Of a stretch of 64,000 nucleotides of DNA, positions 1 through 11,640 are shown in pieces. Made by a program: the position numbers and the translations under genes. The DNA is from Raillietiella orientalis. Taxonomy: Eukaryota. Where the stretch lies: assembly GCA_036172245.1 (NCBI GenBank), contig JAYWIR010000007.1, positions 124,001-188,000 of the forward strand, in the 5' to 3' direction. Numbering within the stretch: position 1 is the first letter of the stretch; every line of letters starts with the position of its first letter. The notes beneath the pieces are model-generated. The model had not been told where the DNA came from. It searched no databases and worked only from the letters and a program-made list of their open reading frames with translations.

Positions 1-354
1 ATCTTTGAGTTCTACATTCCTGGCTATTGATCTGCGGTCCCGGGAATCCCCATGCTCTCCCCTGGACCGCCTTTGCTCGGTTGTTTTGTTGTCACTTTGA
101 CGAAACTTCACCGATCGGAGTGTCCTCCCATATCTGGAAGGATTTTCCTTGCTTGCCTTCATTTCAACTCTCCGTTGAGGGCGAGTGTTCTCTTGGTTAC
201 GACTCATCCATCTTCAGAGTCTTGTTCCTCTCCAGCGTCTACCCTCCTCCTCCTTTCTCCTCCCATTTTTCTTTAGTGCGAGCACAGGTTCAGCTCCTGG
301 GAAGAGCATAGCGCCGAAAGTCACTGGGACACTGCAGGAAACTAATGTCGCTGA

Positions 355-540
355 CATCCCACTCTGGAGAGGTACCAATCCACCAACTCCATGCTAGAAG
401 ATGGAGGGGGTCTTCTTTCCTTCCCGAGAAGGAGGGGACGGCTCAATTTGCACGACTGAAGGGGAACCGATTCCTTGATCCTGATTACTCGAAGGACCCG
501 GAGGGTCAACTTCCGATCCCTGACACTCACAGGGAGCATG
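355..540 (-). repeat. Rep-A copy (reverse)
   Basis: The reverse complement contains GGAAGTTGACCCTCCGGGTCCTTC..GTGCAAA..CATGGAG..ACCTCTCCAGAGT. Confidence 0.7.
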
Positions 541-1034
541 AGGTCTTTCAGCTTCCACAGTTCAGAATCCTTTCATCTTCCTTCTTCCGAGAGAAAGTGC
601 CCGGGTTTGTCGATTTCAGATGTGTGCGTGGGACACACCTGTGCTTTTTTGAGGAGGGAGCAACCACCGGATGCGCTGAATGGCAGGTATTTCTTTGCCG
701 ACGCACGCGCACTTCAAGCAGAGAGTCCCAATCTGCCACGTCTTCCGTTTACCCTCCCATCTGCTTCGGGTGCCGCGTCGTTTCCAGGTGAGAAGCAGCT
801 GCTTATGGGCCCCACCAACCCGAAGGTTGCACCATATGGACTCCTTCGCAGGAATTTACTGTCCCTAAAGTGAGGTAGAGTGCAGCAGGAGGGGGGAAAA
901 TGACGACGACAGAGTCCCCCCCCCCCCCCCGAGCTATATGCCGCCATCGGACAAGGGGGCTCGCCAGAGAGCACGCATCGTGGCCAGTGTCCACCGCCCG
1001 TCGCGGACTGACGTTCCCTTTGCGCGCGCCGTGG

Positions 1035-1420
1035 AAACGGCGCGTTCAGTTTCGATCCCAGGGTCCCAGGCAGTTCGTGATCGTTGGTGGTCAAAACGCA
1101 GATCCAAGAGGCTGGGAGGTGGGATGGAACTGCCAAGAAGGAACCCGGATAGGGAAGCGGGTCGACTGCTTCGACGGAAGCCGCGAGATGAAGGAACAGG
1201 ACGGATACTGAAAGATGACGCTGGTTGACCTATAAACTATTCGGATAAGCCACCAGTAGTGGTTCAAACCAGTGCCCCAAATGAGTGGGCGGAACAATGG
1301 GTAGTCGACCTACGGGTCATTCGAGGAATACAGGAGTGAGGGAGAGTTGCCCCTACGGTTGTGCAAAGGAGAACGAACGTCCAGTGTCCGATCTCCTTTG
1401 TGTAGAAGACATCTCCGGTT
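1035..1420 (+). repeat. Unclassified interspersed repeat 'Rep-A'
   Basis: Colinear with 11190-11590. Shared blocks AGATGACGCTGGTTG, GGTTCAAACC, GTCGACC-TACG-GGTC, CGGTTGTGCAAA. Confidence 0.85.
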
Positions 1421-1432
1421 CGTTCACATGAA

Positions 1433-1860
1433 GGAAACAATCAATGAGATAATGGTGAAATATTGTGAGGAAGGAATGCTACTGGAAAAAGAGAATGACC
1501 ACAGCAGCACGCCAAAGTCAGGAAAGCGAATGCTTGGAGGGAGGTACAAGTGAGACAGAGAAAAAGGTGGGCAAAGACGCCAATCCGAGGAAAAAATAGC
1601 CAACCCCCCGAGATAGAAAAAGAAACGTGTAAAATTCCCTTGAGAGTAATGCTTTCCTTCCTGTCGTCGGCCAGGAGTCTACAGGTTCATATCAACGTCA
1701 TGTAGAGCCAACATAAGAGAAGGATCACGAGGATAATCGCGCGTGACGACATCGTTTGCTTACAAGAAACTCATGAAAGGGGACAAAACATCAGCCTGGA
1801 ACTGGAATGGCAATCAAACGCCAGAATCTGTGATGAGGCCTCTGGAACAGAATGAATGGA
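1433..1860 (+). mobile_element. Family A LINE fragment (ORF1 end / APE start) at the duplication breakpoint
   Basis: Encodes RIIARDDIVCLQETHERGQNISLELEW at ~1729-1809; duplicate of 30023-30450. Confidence 0.75.
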
Positions 1861-2649
1861 CAATGCTCCTTCGAAGGCATCCCGCAGTATCCAGGAAAGG
1901 AAATCACCAAGTAGCAGCCAACAGGGATGATGGGTCATCACTCGGAAGATGCAAAATGCGAAGCCCCCAGGGGGCTTGAGCGAGTTGCCTGAGGAGCTCC
2001 CAAAGCGAGGTGCAGAACAACGGCCGCGCAGTCGTTTCTATCACCCTGGACAACGGAGGACGCAACCTGCAGCCGGGCTCGAGAACCCTGCGCTCCAAGA
2101 CCCCGCCTCAGAGACCGCAAGCACGCCCGCTCACTTCTCCGGAAACCGAACATCCAGCGTCCTTGACAGGCGACGCTCCTGAACGGGGGCGCCAACGACG
2201 AGACGCCCGCCCCCACGCCGCAGTACCGACAGCCGCGGCGCCGACGGCGACATTGCGGCTGCTGGGAAGATTTCCGGATTCCTGCGGAAGAGCAGAAGAT
2301 CCTGCGCGCTCACCCGAGATCTGTTCGCCGGATGAGTGCGGATGGGGGCTGCAGGCCACCCCTTCTTTCCGCCGGGAACTTTCCGCAACGCGAGTGTTCG
2401 TAGCGACCGACCGGTGGCGTGGCTGCCCGCCCGGCGCCGTTGCTAGGCAGGGAAGAACGAGGCGAACCGTGATCGCCCGCAACTTCCGGAGGAATGAGGG
2501 GAGACCTCCATTGAACGCAGTCAAATTTCAGGCGGATTTTCTCAGCGCAGCCATCGCGACACCAGAAGCGGTGCTGCCGAGAGCAATCCACCCTTCCCGG
2601 CGGTCACCTCAGAGAGGGTCAATGTCACCATCTGCACACCTCCGTCGGC

Positions 2650-4200
2650 TAAACTACTTCGGGTCAGTTTCATCCCATTTTGAAGCTCGAGGGGCAATAC
2701 TCCGGATGCTCATGTCACCACTTCGGTGGGAGGAAGAGGTTGCTGAAAGAGTCGGAGGCGAACTGACCAAAGAGGGAGCAGCAAGCACGAAGAGAGATTC
2801 GTTGCTGCTCCCGTCCTCCCACAGGGACGCCACAGCTCGCGATGCCCCACCGGGAGCAGAGACGGAAAGGTGGCTCTCCTTCCTTCCGCGCCCAGTACAG
2901 CAGGCCTCTTCCCCAACGGTTTCTCAGCTGTCTTCCCTCTGGAAAGACATCTCGAACTTCCGTGAGAGAAGAACCCATTCAGATGGGCTGCTTAGCAAGC
3001 GCACCTTACGGATCGCACGCTGCCCACGCTGGCGCCTTGACCCCAGAGCGAGGGGACCGCGGTGGGAGGTGAAACCAATGCCGCAGGCATTACAAAAAAA
3101 AAAGGAACGACCGTGTGATCCGGAAAACGAAAAGAAAGGCAACAGCGAGAGGAAGAACCACCATTGTCCGCGACCAGACCCTTCGACCGCATCTGTCCCG
3201 AAAAAGCAGATGGGAGAAGAGCGCTCGCCACTGTCGCTGCGCTTGCAAGCCACCCCACGCGTGGTCGACGCCGGAGGCGCTCTGCAATCGCTGCGAGACT
3301 CCAGCAAGCTAAGGCATTCCGCGGATGCCGCATCCTCCTGCATTAAACATGAGCTGCGAACCCTCCCTCGGCTTCCCACCGTGGTCCCCGCCATGACGAC
3401 GCAACGAAATAGCCTAGAATTCCAAAGGCGGGTGGCACACGGCCCTCAGGCTGCCCAAACAACGGCTTCGCCACATGCATGAGTAGCAGCTTCAATCCTC
3501 GCCGCCGGAAGCGGGAAGATGACGACCTCCGCCGCCTCGCCGCCTCATTTCCTTGTCCACGGGTCGGAGCCGTGGCGGAGTCGAATCGACTGGCCACGGC
3601 AGGATGGACCAGCGGGCCACGACACGTGCTAGCTTCTCCTGAGAGGACAGGTAACAAAGCTCTGCCCTACGACGATAGGTAAAAAAAGTCCCCCGGCAAG
3701 AGGACAAGTAAACAAGACACTCCGAGCTAGCTGCCCTCGCCTCGAAAATGAGTTCGCCCAAGAAGCTCAACCACGAAACAGTGGACATGGCCGCAAGCGT
3801 AGGGGGACTGCGGATGAGCTCACGCTGCTAAGCAGCGTGTATCGTCGGTCGGCAGGGATGTCTCCTGGCGAAGACTTCCGCTGCGCCACTACCCGAAGCC
3901 ACACGTCTTTGCCGGTGACTTTTCCAAGATCTCCGAGGGCCTTCCCTCGACGCCGCCTATAAGGTTGCAGGAAGAACTCAGATCGCTGGATGTGCAAAAG
4001 CCAGGCGTTCGCACACACTCTGAGCGAGACCGAACCAATAGCAGCGGAGGTTCGAAGCATCCAGCCCGCGGAGGTTAAGGAAAAGCAAACAAAGAAACGG
4101 TCCACGCACCTCAGATACCATTTTGAGGGCTGATTCCACCTCAGGGAAGCCTCAGAAGGTGCAGTTCTTTACGACCACCCAATACAGCTCACCGTGACGT
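2650..4200 (+). mobile_element. Highly decayed I/Jockey-like LINE (ORF1 knuckle region plus APE); duplicate at 31240-32790
   Basis: Degenerate motifs in the expected order across frames: YSRPLPQRFLSCLPSGKTSRT (knuckle-like), SFN..VGAVAESN, LSSVYRR, HVFAGDFS, LYDHPIQLTV. Confidence 0.45.
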
Positions 4201-5365
4201 CCGCTGAACGAAAGACACCCTGGCTTGGGACATGTACTCGAACGCCTCATCGCTTTGCCGAAAAGACACTGAGCATGCGACTCCCCTTAGTTTCCATGCC
4301 ATCGGAGGAACGGCCAGGAATCACTCGGAAGCACTCGGTCGCCTCAGCTTCTGGCCTCCATCAACAGTTAGCCACACGGCTCACGTCCATCCACGCTGTG
4401 AATCGCCAGACCTGGAGACTGCAGTAGGTTGAAGGCGCACGGAAGGCGCAGCATTCGCGGGACACCAAACACGTCCGAGGATAGCAACTCCCGTGCCACC
4501 TGCGAAGAGAAAGACAGCTCTTCTGCTTCGGTTCCATGTGGTTCCATGGCTACAGACATGTTGAAAAAACAAATCGATGAAAAGTACGTTGGAGCAGGTG
4601 ATGGAGAAGGAGGTACATTTGTCTGCATGGATGCACGAGGCGTTCCCAAGAACTCCAAGGAAACACTGACACCGTCGGCTGCGATTGATACGATAAATGC
4701 TGTACAGAAGAGTGGTTCTCTCCCTGACATTCAAGTGACAGCCACAAACAGCACTCCAAGGAGCCGTTACAGAGCTACAAGGATAGCTCACTCATACATT
4801 GCACATCGGACAGAAGTACAAAGAAGATGGTCGGCATGAAAATGAAAAATTCTGGACTGAAATTCCGAGCATGAGATGCCGTCAGTTGTCCTTGCAACGG
4901 CTGACGATGCTGCAGAAACGGAATCTTCAATGTCCGGTCAAAGTGTTGTCCTGGTTGATACGGAAGAGCTCGTGGTAGTCAGTGTGGTCACGTCTTTTAG
5001 ACAGGATCAAAAACGTACGCAAAGCAAATCGGGAAAAGCAGAACGTCAGCAAAGCCGAAGATCAATCAACAAGCAAGTAGACGCAGTCATCCAGAATAAG
5101 GCATACTTTCTCGGAGATTCCGGAAATGCTCAAAGTGGTGGAACAAGGGAAAGGCAATGAAACAAAAGTCCTCCAGGCGGGTTTACGAACAATCAGGAGG
5201 GACGAAGAGAGCGATTGGCACGCAATATAGAAGGCAAGAAATTCACAAAAGAAAAGGGAGGGGACTGACAGGATTACTTCTGTAAGGGGCGTGGCTCCTT
5301 CTCCTGAATCTTCTGCTGCCTCCTCGCGGATTACTGAAAGAAAGCGGGCATACCATGCTGCACTC
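3965..5365 (+). repeat. Internal ~1.4 kb module, copy A (also at 9759-11185, 32555-33955, 38364-39690)
   Basis: The same sequence (MATDMLKKQIDEKY.. and MPSVVLATADD.. ORFs) recurs four times; period ~5.8 kb within each large duplicate. Confidence 0.92.
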
Positions 5366-6150
5366 CTCCAAAGGACGACTGATGCGCGGAGAACATCTCG
5401 TCGCTAAAGCACTGAATATGGGGCGGCGGACACCTCGAAGATGGCGCGCTATGCAATTCGCCGTGGCGGCTGCCGCGCCATAGAGAAGCCCATGCGTGCA
5501 AAGTGGCGTAACGTGCCCTCCGGGAACCCCACAAACAGCAATGACGCCAACCTCGGTCGCGATCCACCGAGGGCACGGCGGCCCGTCAGTAGGCTTGCGA
5601 GCGACTCGATCGCCCTGCACCAGGAATGGATGCCCTTGCTTTGGAAAAGAGGTGCTGCAGTCGCCCTTCCATCGAAAACCACGGTGCATTAAGAGCTTCA
5701 TCTGATGAGGGTGCACCGAAGCGTCCACACAAAAGACAGAGACCGCCGAGCAGTTCTCGGTACCCGCGGTTCCTTCCCTCACCACGCGCATTCACCTTCC
5801 CGGAGCTGCTCCTGCTCCTGACCACCGCAATACTTTACGAAAGAAGATATCCGAAAAGGATGTCGAGTAGGAGGAATCGTCCTCATCGTGAAAGCTACGA
5901 AGGAAATCCATCTTCGCAGCCATCAACTCAAGGGATTTCCTATGGTGCTTCCATTCCATCAAGATCGGACGCGCCAGTGTCGATCAGCATATTCTTTCAC
6001 AACTGCAAGATGGCGGCTTCACCTGTTTAGATGCGCGTTGGAAGCACCACCCAGCAATTACGGCAAGGTTGCACGCGCGCATTCCTGAAAAGATGGGCCT
6101 CGTGTCCACCATTCGAAGCGACTATCATAGGTCTCGGGGCAGTTGCACAC
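5330..6150 (-). mobile_element. Highly decayed Ty3/Gypsy gag-PR-RT remnant; duplicate at 33920-34740
   Basis: Minus strand, in order: RFEWWTRGPSFQEC (CCHC spacing), MLIDTGAS (aspartic protease), VFCVD..ALNA, FPEGTLRHFARMGFSMA, CFSDEM (YxDD position). Confidence 0.5.
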
Positions 6151-7827
6151 GTCAACACAGCAGTCCTCGCTTTCAGCAACACTTTTGTCGTCCAACACGA
6201 ACCAACTAAATACTGCTGCCTCTTACTCTTCCGAAAAGGACACGGCGGTAGATCTGCACGGCGATGTAATGGCAGTCTTTGTGGTCACGGGAATGCTCGC
6301 CGGGAGCAGATGACCGTCATTTCCGTTTCCGCCGACTTCGCCCCTCTCCACCCTCCGAGCACTCCCCTTAACGCCGCTGCGGTTCTTCGCACGTCGTTTT
6401 GCGCCTCCCTTGCGCGTTGCCTATTCGATCTTGCAGCTGCCTCCTAGGATGGACTCCGAGACGCCACACAGCGTACGTGGTTAGAAGTGGAAAACTGACG
6501 ACAACGGAGAACTTCGCACTTCCGCATTCGTTCTTGGAAAATCGCCAAGCCGTTTGGCTGCTTCCTGGACAGCATCCGCGTGCCGACAGTTTTACAAGCA
6601 GGAGAGGAAAAACGAGCACCCTTCGCAGGCATTCTTTATTTAGACACCATTTCGTTTCGAAAAGGACGCAGGACCAGCATCCCCCAGCTGGAACAATATC
6701 TCTTTTCGTTCTCGCCGATACGGGGGGAATTCCCGGAAGCGCCGATAGACGGAACCTTCAGCGTTCGTCGTCCAGTCGCTTCTTTCCAAGTAGCAGTTCC
6801 GACTTGACCTCTTCCAGAAGACCTCGCACCTTCCGTTCGAGTTCCGAGTCGCGGAAAGGATCGAGTTGCAGCATCTCCAAGCAACGTTTCAGATCAGCAA
6901 CGTACGTCTTCAGCGTGGCTGGCTACAAGAGACCCAGTTAACAGCAGCCGCTCCTTCAAGACCGTTGGCAGTTGCCCAGCACACCGAGGCAGTGTTTTGG
7001 AATCGCAAACGCGGCTCAAGGCGTTGTCAGCGACTCGCAGGATCCGGATCGACATTGTGGCATGGAATACCACGTCAGAGTGACGTGCACCGCTTCAAGC
7101 GATCATCACGCAATGGCGAGTACACTCTGGAGATGGTGTCTTTGAGAAGAGTCCGTAGGAGGCACACGATGCCGCGAGGAACGCCTTTGGGCTGAGCGAA
7201 CCCGCAGCTCGCGCCTACGCATTTCTGGGGAGCATCGGACGCCATCAACTCGCTGCTGCCCCCGTGCATCACTTTCCAGGCGTGTGCGTCACGCTTCGGA
7301 CGACACAGCACTGAACTGTTGATGTCCCCCGTCCATTTCAACTTCGCAAGAGGAGGAGCCTTTGCTTGCAACGGAACAGCAACGAAAGCCATTAAAAGAA
7401 TGAGTGCAGAGGAAATGCAGGAAGGTTCCTTGCAGCCCTTCCCATTCATCATTGCATCGTCTGCTGCAGAGAATGACCCGCACGCGCATGCAAGGAGGAG
7501 CGGGAAAACAAAATGGAAGAATCTATACGAACCTTTGCCTTCGGATGGGTCCTGAACCGAAACTTCCGTGTCTTTTGGCTCCAGATTCTCCTTTCCAGGA
7601 AGATGACTTCGTATCGTAATTTGGGATAGAATTGCATGCATCCTACGAGAAAGAACTGTCAAGAAATCTCTGTGTCACCTGCGGAGTAACCGTTGAAGAG
7701 GGGTCATTGCGACAAGCAGTCGCCAAGATCCCCTTCCCGCCCAGCAATCACGTGGACGCTGGTCAGCTTTGGCACTCTCACGTATCGTCGCTAACCGCGT
7801 TCCACGCGGGCATTCACGCATGTTCGT

Positions 7828-9309
7828 CTACATCGGCCCCTTCGAGCCACATCCTTTGCCACACCACGGAGAGAGGAAACGTGGACACAGAATGCAGGGC
7901 CTCCAGCAAAGTGGCCAATGTGACCGAGCAGTTGTTCTCGTCAAGATACCTGATTTGACGATCTTCCATGCGTTGAGCAGCCTCGAGGTGTGTCGGTGGG
8001 CGGCTTCGAGCTCTTCCAAGCTGAGCGGCTGTGATCCGTCCAAACAAAAGTATGCATCCTTCAGTTTTTCATAGCACAGAAGAAGAACGTAAAAATTAGG
8101 GTGGACCACTGTTTGTACGTGGCCAACGAAGTCTTCCAGCTCCTTAATCTTCTTCATACACACGGCGTTGAACACGGAAGAATTGCGTGGAGGCTGTTTT
8201 TCCACGAACAGAGCTTTGAGCATCATCCAGGATATGCCAATGTCCTCATAGACTCTCATGACAAACTGAAAATGTACGCATCGCTTGCACACCTCGCACA
8301 TCCATTCATCGGTACTTCGCATGGGGTCCGAGGGGATCAGGAACCCTGAGCGACACTTTGGACACTTGACGGCGCCAACGTAGGAGCCGAGCTCCGTTGG
8401 ATCCAAGCAGCGCGCACACTGGCACGCAATGCCTATGCCATTCTGCATGAGTTCCTGCCGAAGCCCCGTGGGCATCAGCGGATGTGCGTAGCCCAACTTC
8501 AGATTACTGTTCTTCGGCACGTCGACGGAGCAGCGGAAGACGCCTTTGTAGTCTTCGTCCAGGTAAAGTACGCAGTTATCGCAGCAGTTTGGTTCGAAGC
8601 ACGACCCGGTCAAAAACAAGAGAGAGAGATCTTCATCGAAATTCGGGTGCACGTACTGTATCTGATGAGTGAAGAAGATTTTCCATAGATGAAGCACCGT
8701 CTTTGCGTCGAATTGTTCGCGACTTAAGAACGAGTACACCAAATGCAAGAGAAGCGGGAAATATTCCATCAGCGTCGGTACATCATGGGCTCGCAGCGAC
8801 AGCAGCTTCTCCCAAGTGTCTGGAGCTCGGCTCTTCACAGCGAGCATGCGAAACAGAGGTATCAGCAAGGGATACAAAACTTCCAAGAAATCGAGAACAG
8901 GAGTGTTGCACGAAACTCCAAGTAGCGATAACAGCTGGCACTCCGGCTGGTGATGCGGACTCCGCTGACACCCTTCGGAGCACAGGGGCCAGCTGCACTT
9001 TGGGCACGGATGCCAGCCGGAGGGCAGGCTCCGGAAGCATCCCAAGCAGTAGATGTGTGCAAGGGAATTGTTAGGATTCACGCACATCAATAGAGGTTCT
9101 TCGATGAAAAGCAGGGTTCCTGCTTTCAGGCTCCGAGTAGCCACCAGATGTGGCCCCAGGTCGTCGGTCACCTCCACTCGGTACTTCCGGCAAACCTTCC
9201 GTTGAACCTTCCAATCGGCTCGCTGATGTTCTTCGCCGCAGTACCATCTTTCCAGGCAGGAGCTGCAGCGCGACGAAGCGTTCTGTTTGCAGACCACGCA
9301 GCGATTCAT
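7828..9309 (-). CDS. MYND + SET domain protein (arthropod SmydA/msta-like), paralog 1
   Basis: 493-aa ORF. N-terminal MYND (CVVC..CSSC..YCGEEHQRADWKVQRKVC), SET-N LGPHLVATRSLKAG, internal MYND-like CLGC..CPKC..LCSEGC..HHQPEC, post-SET CQCARCLDPTELGS, CPKC..WMCEVC. Probable 5'-UTR intron 9332-9617. Confidence 0.9.
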   Translation of the reverse strand: MNRCVVCKQNASSRCSSCLERWYCGEEHQRADWKVQRKVCRKYRVEVTDDLGPHLVATRSLKAGTLLFIEEPLLMCVNPNNSLAHIYCLGCFRSLPSGWHPCPKCSWPLCSEGCQRSPHHQPECQLLSLLGVSCNTPVLDFLEVLYPLLIPLFRMLAVKSRAPDTWEKLLSLRAHDVPTLMEYFPLLLHLVYSFLSREQFDAKTVLHLWKIFFTHQIQYVHPNFDEDLSLLFLTGSCFEPNCCDNCVLYLDEDYKGVFRCSVDVPKNSNLKLGYAHPLMPTGLRQELMQNGIGIACQCARCLDPTELGSYVGAVKCPKCRSGFLIPSDPMRSTDEWMCEVCKRCVHFQFVMRVYEDIGISWMMLKALFVEKQPPRNSSVFNAVCMKKIKELEDFVGHVQTVVHPNFYVLLLCYEKLKDAYFCLDGSQPLSLEELEAAHRHTSRLLNAWKIVKSGILTRTTARSHWPLCWRPCILCPRFLSPWCGKGCGSKGPM

Positions 9310-9758
9310 CGGTTCGTTTCCAGCCTCACACCTGGAAGAAAACCGTCAAACGGAGAACTAGGAAGGATGCAGTGGGGTCGGAAGCTGCAAGGCGGATGAG
9401 CCGCCGTCCGATGTTTGCCGTTCCTTACGACGTCTCGAGGGTTGCGTGCGAAGGCTTCAGCGTTTGGCAACGGATGAGGATGGCAGCAAGAGGAGGACGA
9501 AGAAGGACGTCTTCGCACTCGAGACGCCAAACGCAGACAATTCACGAAAGAGAGAAAAAGAAAAAAAAACGCACAGCTTGCGCGACAAATGCGTTCGAGA
9601 CGAATCTGTGGACTTACATGTTTACCTCACAGGATGAGCATCGTCCTCCTTTCAGCGACCACTTGTTGACCGCTTTGAATTCGTCCTGCTGTACTTCTAG
9701 CGCACTACAGTCGGCGACGATGGACGAGAGGGCTTCTGAGCCACCGAACTGGGAAACA

Positions 9759-11185
9759 GCAGGAAGAACGCAAATCGCTGCACGTTGGGAAGAGAAGCGT
9801 TCTCACACACCGTTAGCGGAAACGAACGAACAGCCGACGAGGTTGGAGGCTTCCGGCGCCGAGGCGTTCAAGGAAAAGCAAACAAGCAAAGCGTCCATGC
9901 TCCCCTGCCCCATTTTCAGGGCTGAGGTGACCTCGGAGAAGCCTCAGCGGGTGCAGCTCTACAGCACCAGCGGATCCCGCTTCCCGTGACGTACTCTGGA
10001 CGAGGGATACACTCTATCCTCTATTCCATGGGCCATCTAGGCCATGGACATGTCCCTGAACGGCCCATCGCTCTGCCTCGCAGACACCGAGCATGCGTGA
10101 CTCCCTCGTTTCCATGCCATCCGAGGATCACCCAAGAATCACTCGAAGACCGTGGGTGACTTCGGTTTCCGGTCTCCATCCACAGGTCGGCACACGGCTC
10201 ACGTCCATCCACGCTGTGAATCGCCAGACCTGGAGACTGCAATAGGTTGGAGGCGTACTGAAGGCGCAACCCGCGTGCGACACCAAGACAGGGACCTCCA
10301 AAGACAGGGACGTGCGTGATATCTGCGAAGAGAAAGACAGCTCTTCTGCTTCGGTTCCATGTGGTGCCATGGCTACAGACGTGTTGAAAAAACAAATCGA
10401 TGAAAAGTACGTTGGAGCAGGTGGTGGAGAAGAAGGTACATTTGTCTGCATGGATGGACGAGGCGTTCCCAAGAACTCCAAGGAAACACTGACACCGTCG
10501 GCTGCGATTGATACGATAAATGCTGTACAGAAGAGTGGTTCTCTCCCTGACATTCAAGTGACAGCCACAAACAGCACTCCAAGGAGCCGTTACAGAGCTA
10601 CAAGGATAGCTCACTCATACATTGCACATCGGACAGAAGTACAAAGAAGATGGTCGGCATGAAAATGAAAAATTCTGGACTGAAACTCCGAGCATGAGAT
10701 GCCGTCAGTTGTCCTTGCAACGGCTGACGATGCTGCAGAAACGGAATCTTCAATGTCCGGTCAGAGTGTTGTCCTGGTTGATACGGAAGAGCTCGTGGTA
10801 GTCAGTGTGGTCACGTCTTTTAGACAGGATCAAAAACGGACGCAAAGCAAATCGGGAAAAGCAGAACGTCAGCAAAGCCGAAGATCAATCAACAAGCAAG
10901 TAGACGCAGTCATCCAGAATAAGGCATACTTTCTCGGAGATTCCGGAAATGCTCAAAGTGGTGGAACAAGGGAAAGGCAATGAAACAAAAGTCCTCCAGG
11001 CGGGTTTACGAACAATCAGGAGGGACGAAGAGAGCGATTGGCACGAAATCCAGGATCCAAGCAATACAAAGAAGATAGGCGGAGGGAACTGGTGTCACTT
11101 CTTTAAGGGCCATTGCTCCTTCTCCTGAGTCTTCTGCTGCCTTCTCGGGGATTCCAAAAGCAAGCGGGGACACCATGCTGCAGTC
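9759..11185 (+). repeat. Internal module, copy B
   Basis: Near-identical to copy A over ~10320-11045, clearly diverged at both ends. Confidence 0.9.
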
Positions 11186-11189
11186 CAGC

Positions 11190-11640
11190 GGGAACGGCGC
11201 GGTCAGTTCGGATTCCAGGGTCCCAGGCTGCTGCGTGGTCGTTGGAGGTGAAAACGAAGATTCACGAGGCTGGGAGAAGGTGGGATGGAACTGCCACGAA
11301 GGAACACGGCAGCGGATAGGGAAGCGGGTCGGCCGCTTGGACGGATGCCGCGAGATCGGGTACTAGGCGGGATCCCGCAAGATGACCCTGGTTGGCCTGC
11401 AAACATTGAGTGCGGCACCCTAGTGGCTCAAACCGGATGCCCCCGATGAGTTGTCGAGAAATGGAGAGTCGACCTTCGGGTCCTTCCAGGAATCCAGGAG
11501 TGAGGAAGAGTTCCCCTTCCGGTTGTGCAAAGGAGAGCGGACTTCCCAGTGTCCGCTGTCCTTTGTGTGGGAGATCCCTCCGGAGAGCATAAGGAAGGAG
11601 TTTCCCTCCGGGGTTCCTCTTTTCCGACTTTGCGAGAAGA
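11190..11640 (+). repeat. Rep-A copy
   Basis: Same conserved blocks as 1035-1420 and 15850-16510. Confidence 0.85.

Larger units (their letters stand above)
1433..11048. repeat. Segmental direct duplication, copy 1 (~9.6 kb)
   Basis: Colinear with 30023-39654. ORFs recur at an offset of 28,590 (e.g. 1743/30333, 4876/33466, 6866/35456). Near-identical except around 7649-8301 and 9310-9640. Confidence 0.97.

Noticed and set aside
2010..3482. 490-aa ORF (and 439-aa duplicate at 30753) as a novel gene
   Set aside because: R/S/P/A-rich with no domain. The duplicate has an upstream stop, and LINE-like motifs lie in other frames.
4429..5160. Four-copy ORF pair (MATDMLKKQ.. / MPSVVLATA..) as a repeated two-gene cassette
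   Set aside because: Conservation is explained by near-identical DNA. One copy has a premature stop (39489) and the pair lies downstream of decayed LINE APE motifs.
5693..5725. CTGATGAGGGTGCACCGAAG hammerhead-like core
   Set aside because: GAAG instead of GAAA, and no stem I or III can be formed.
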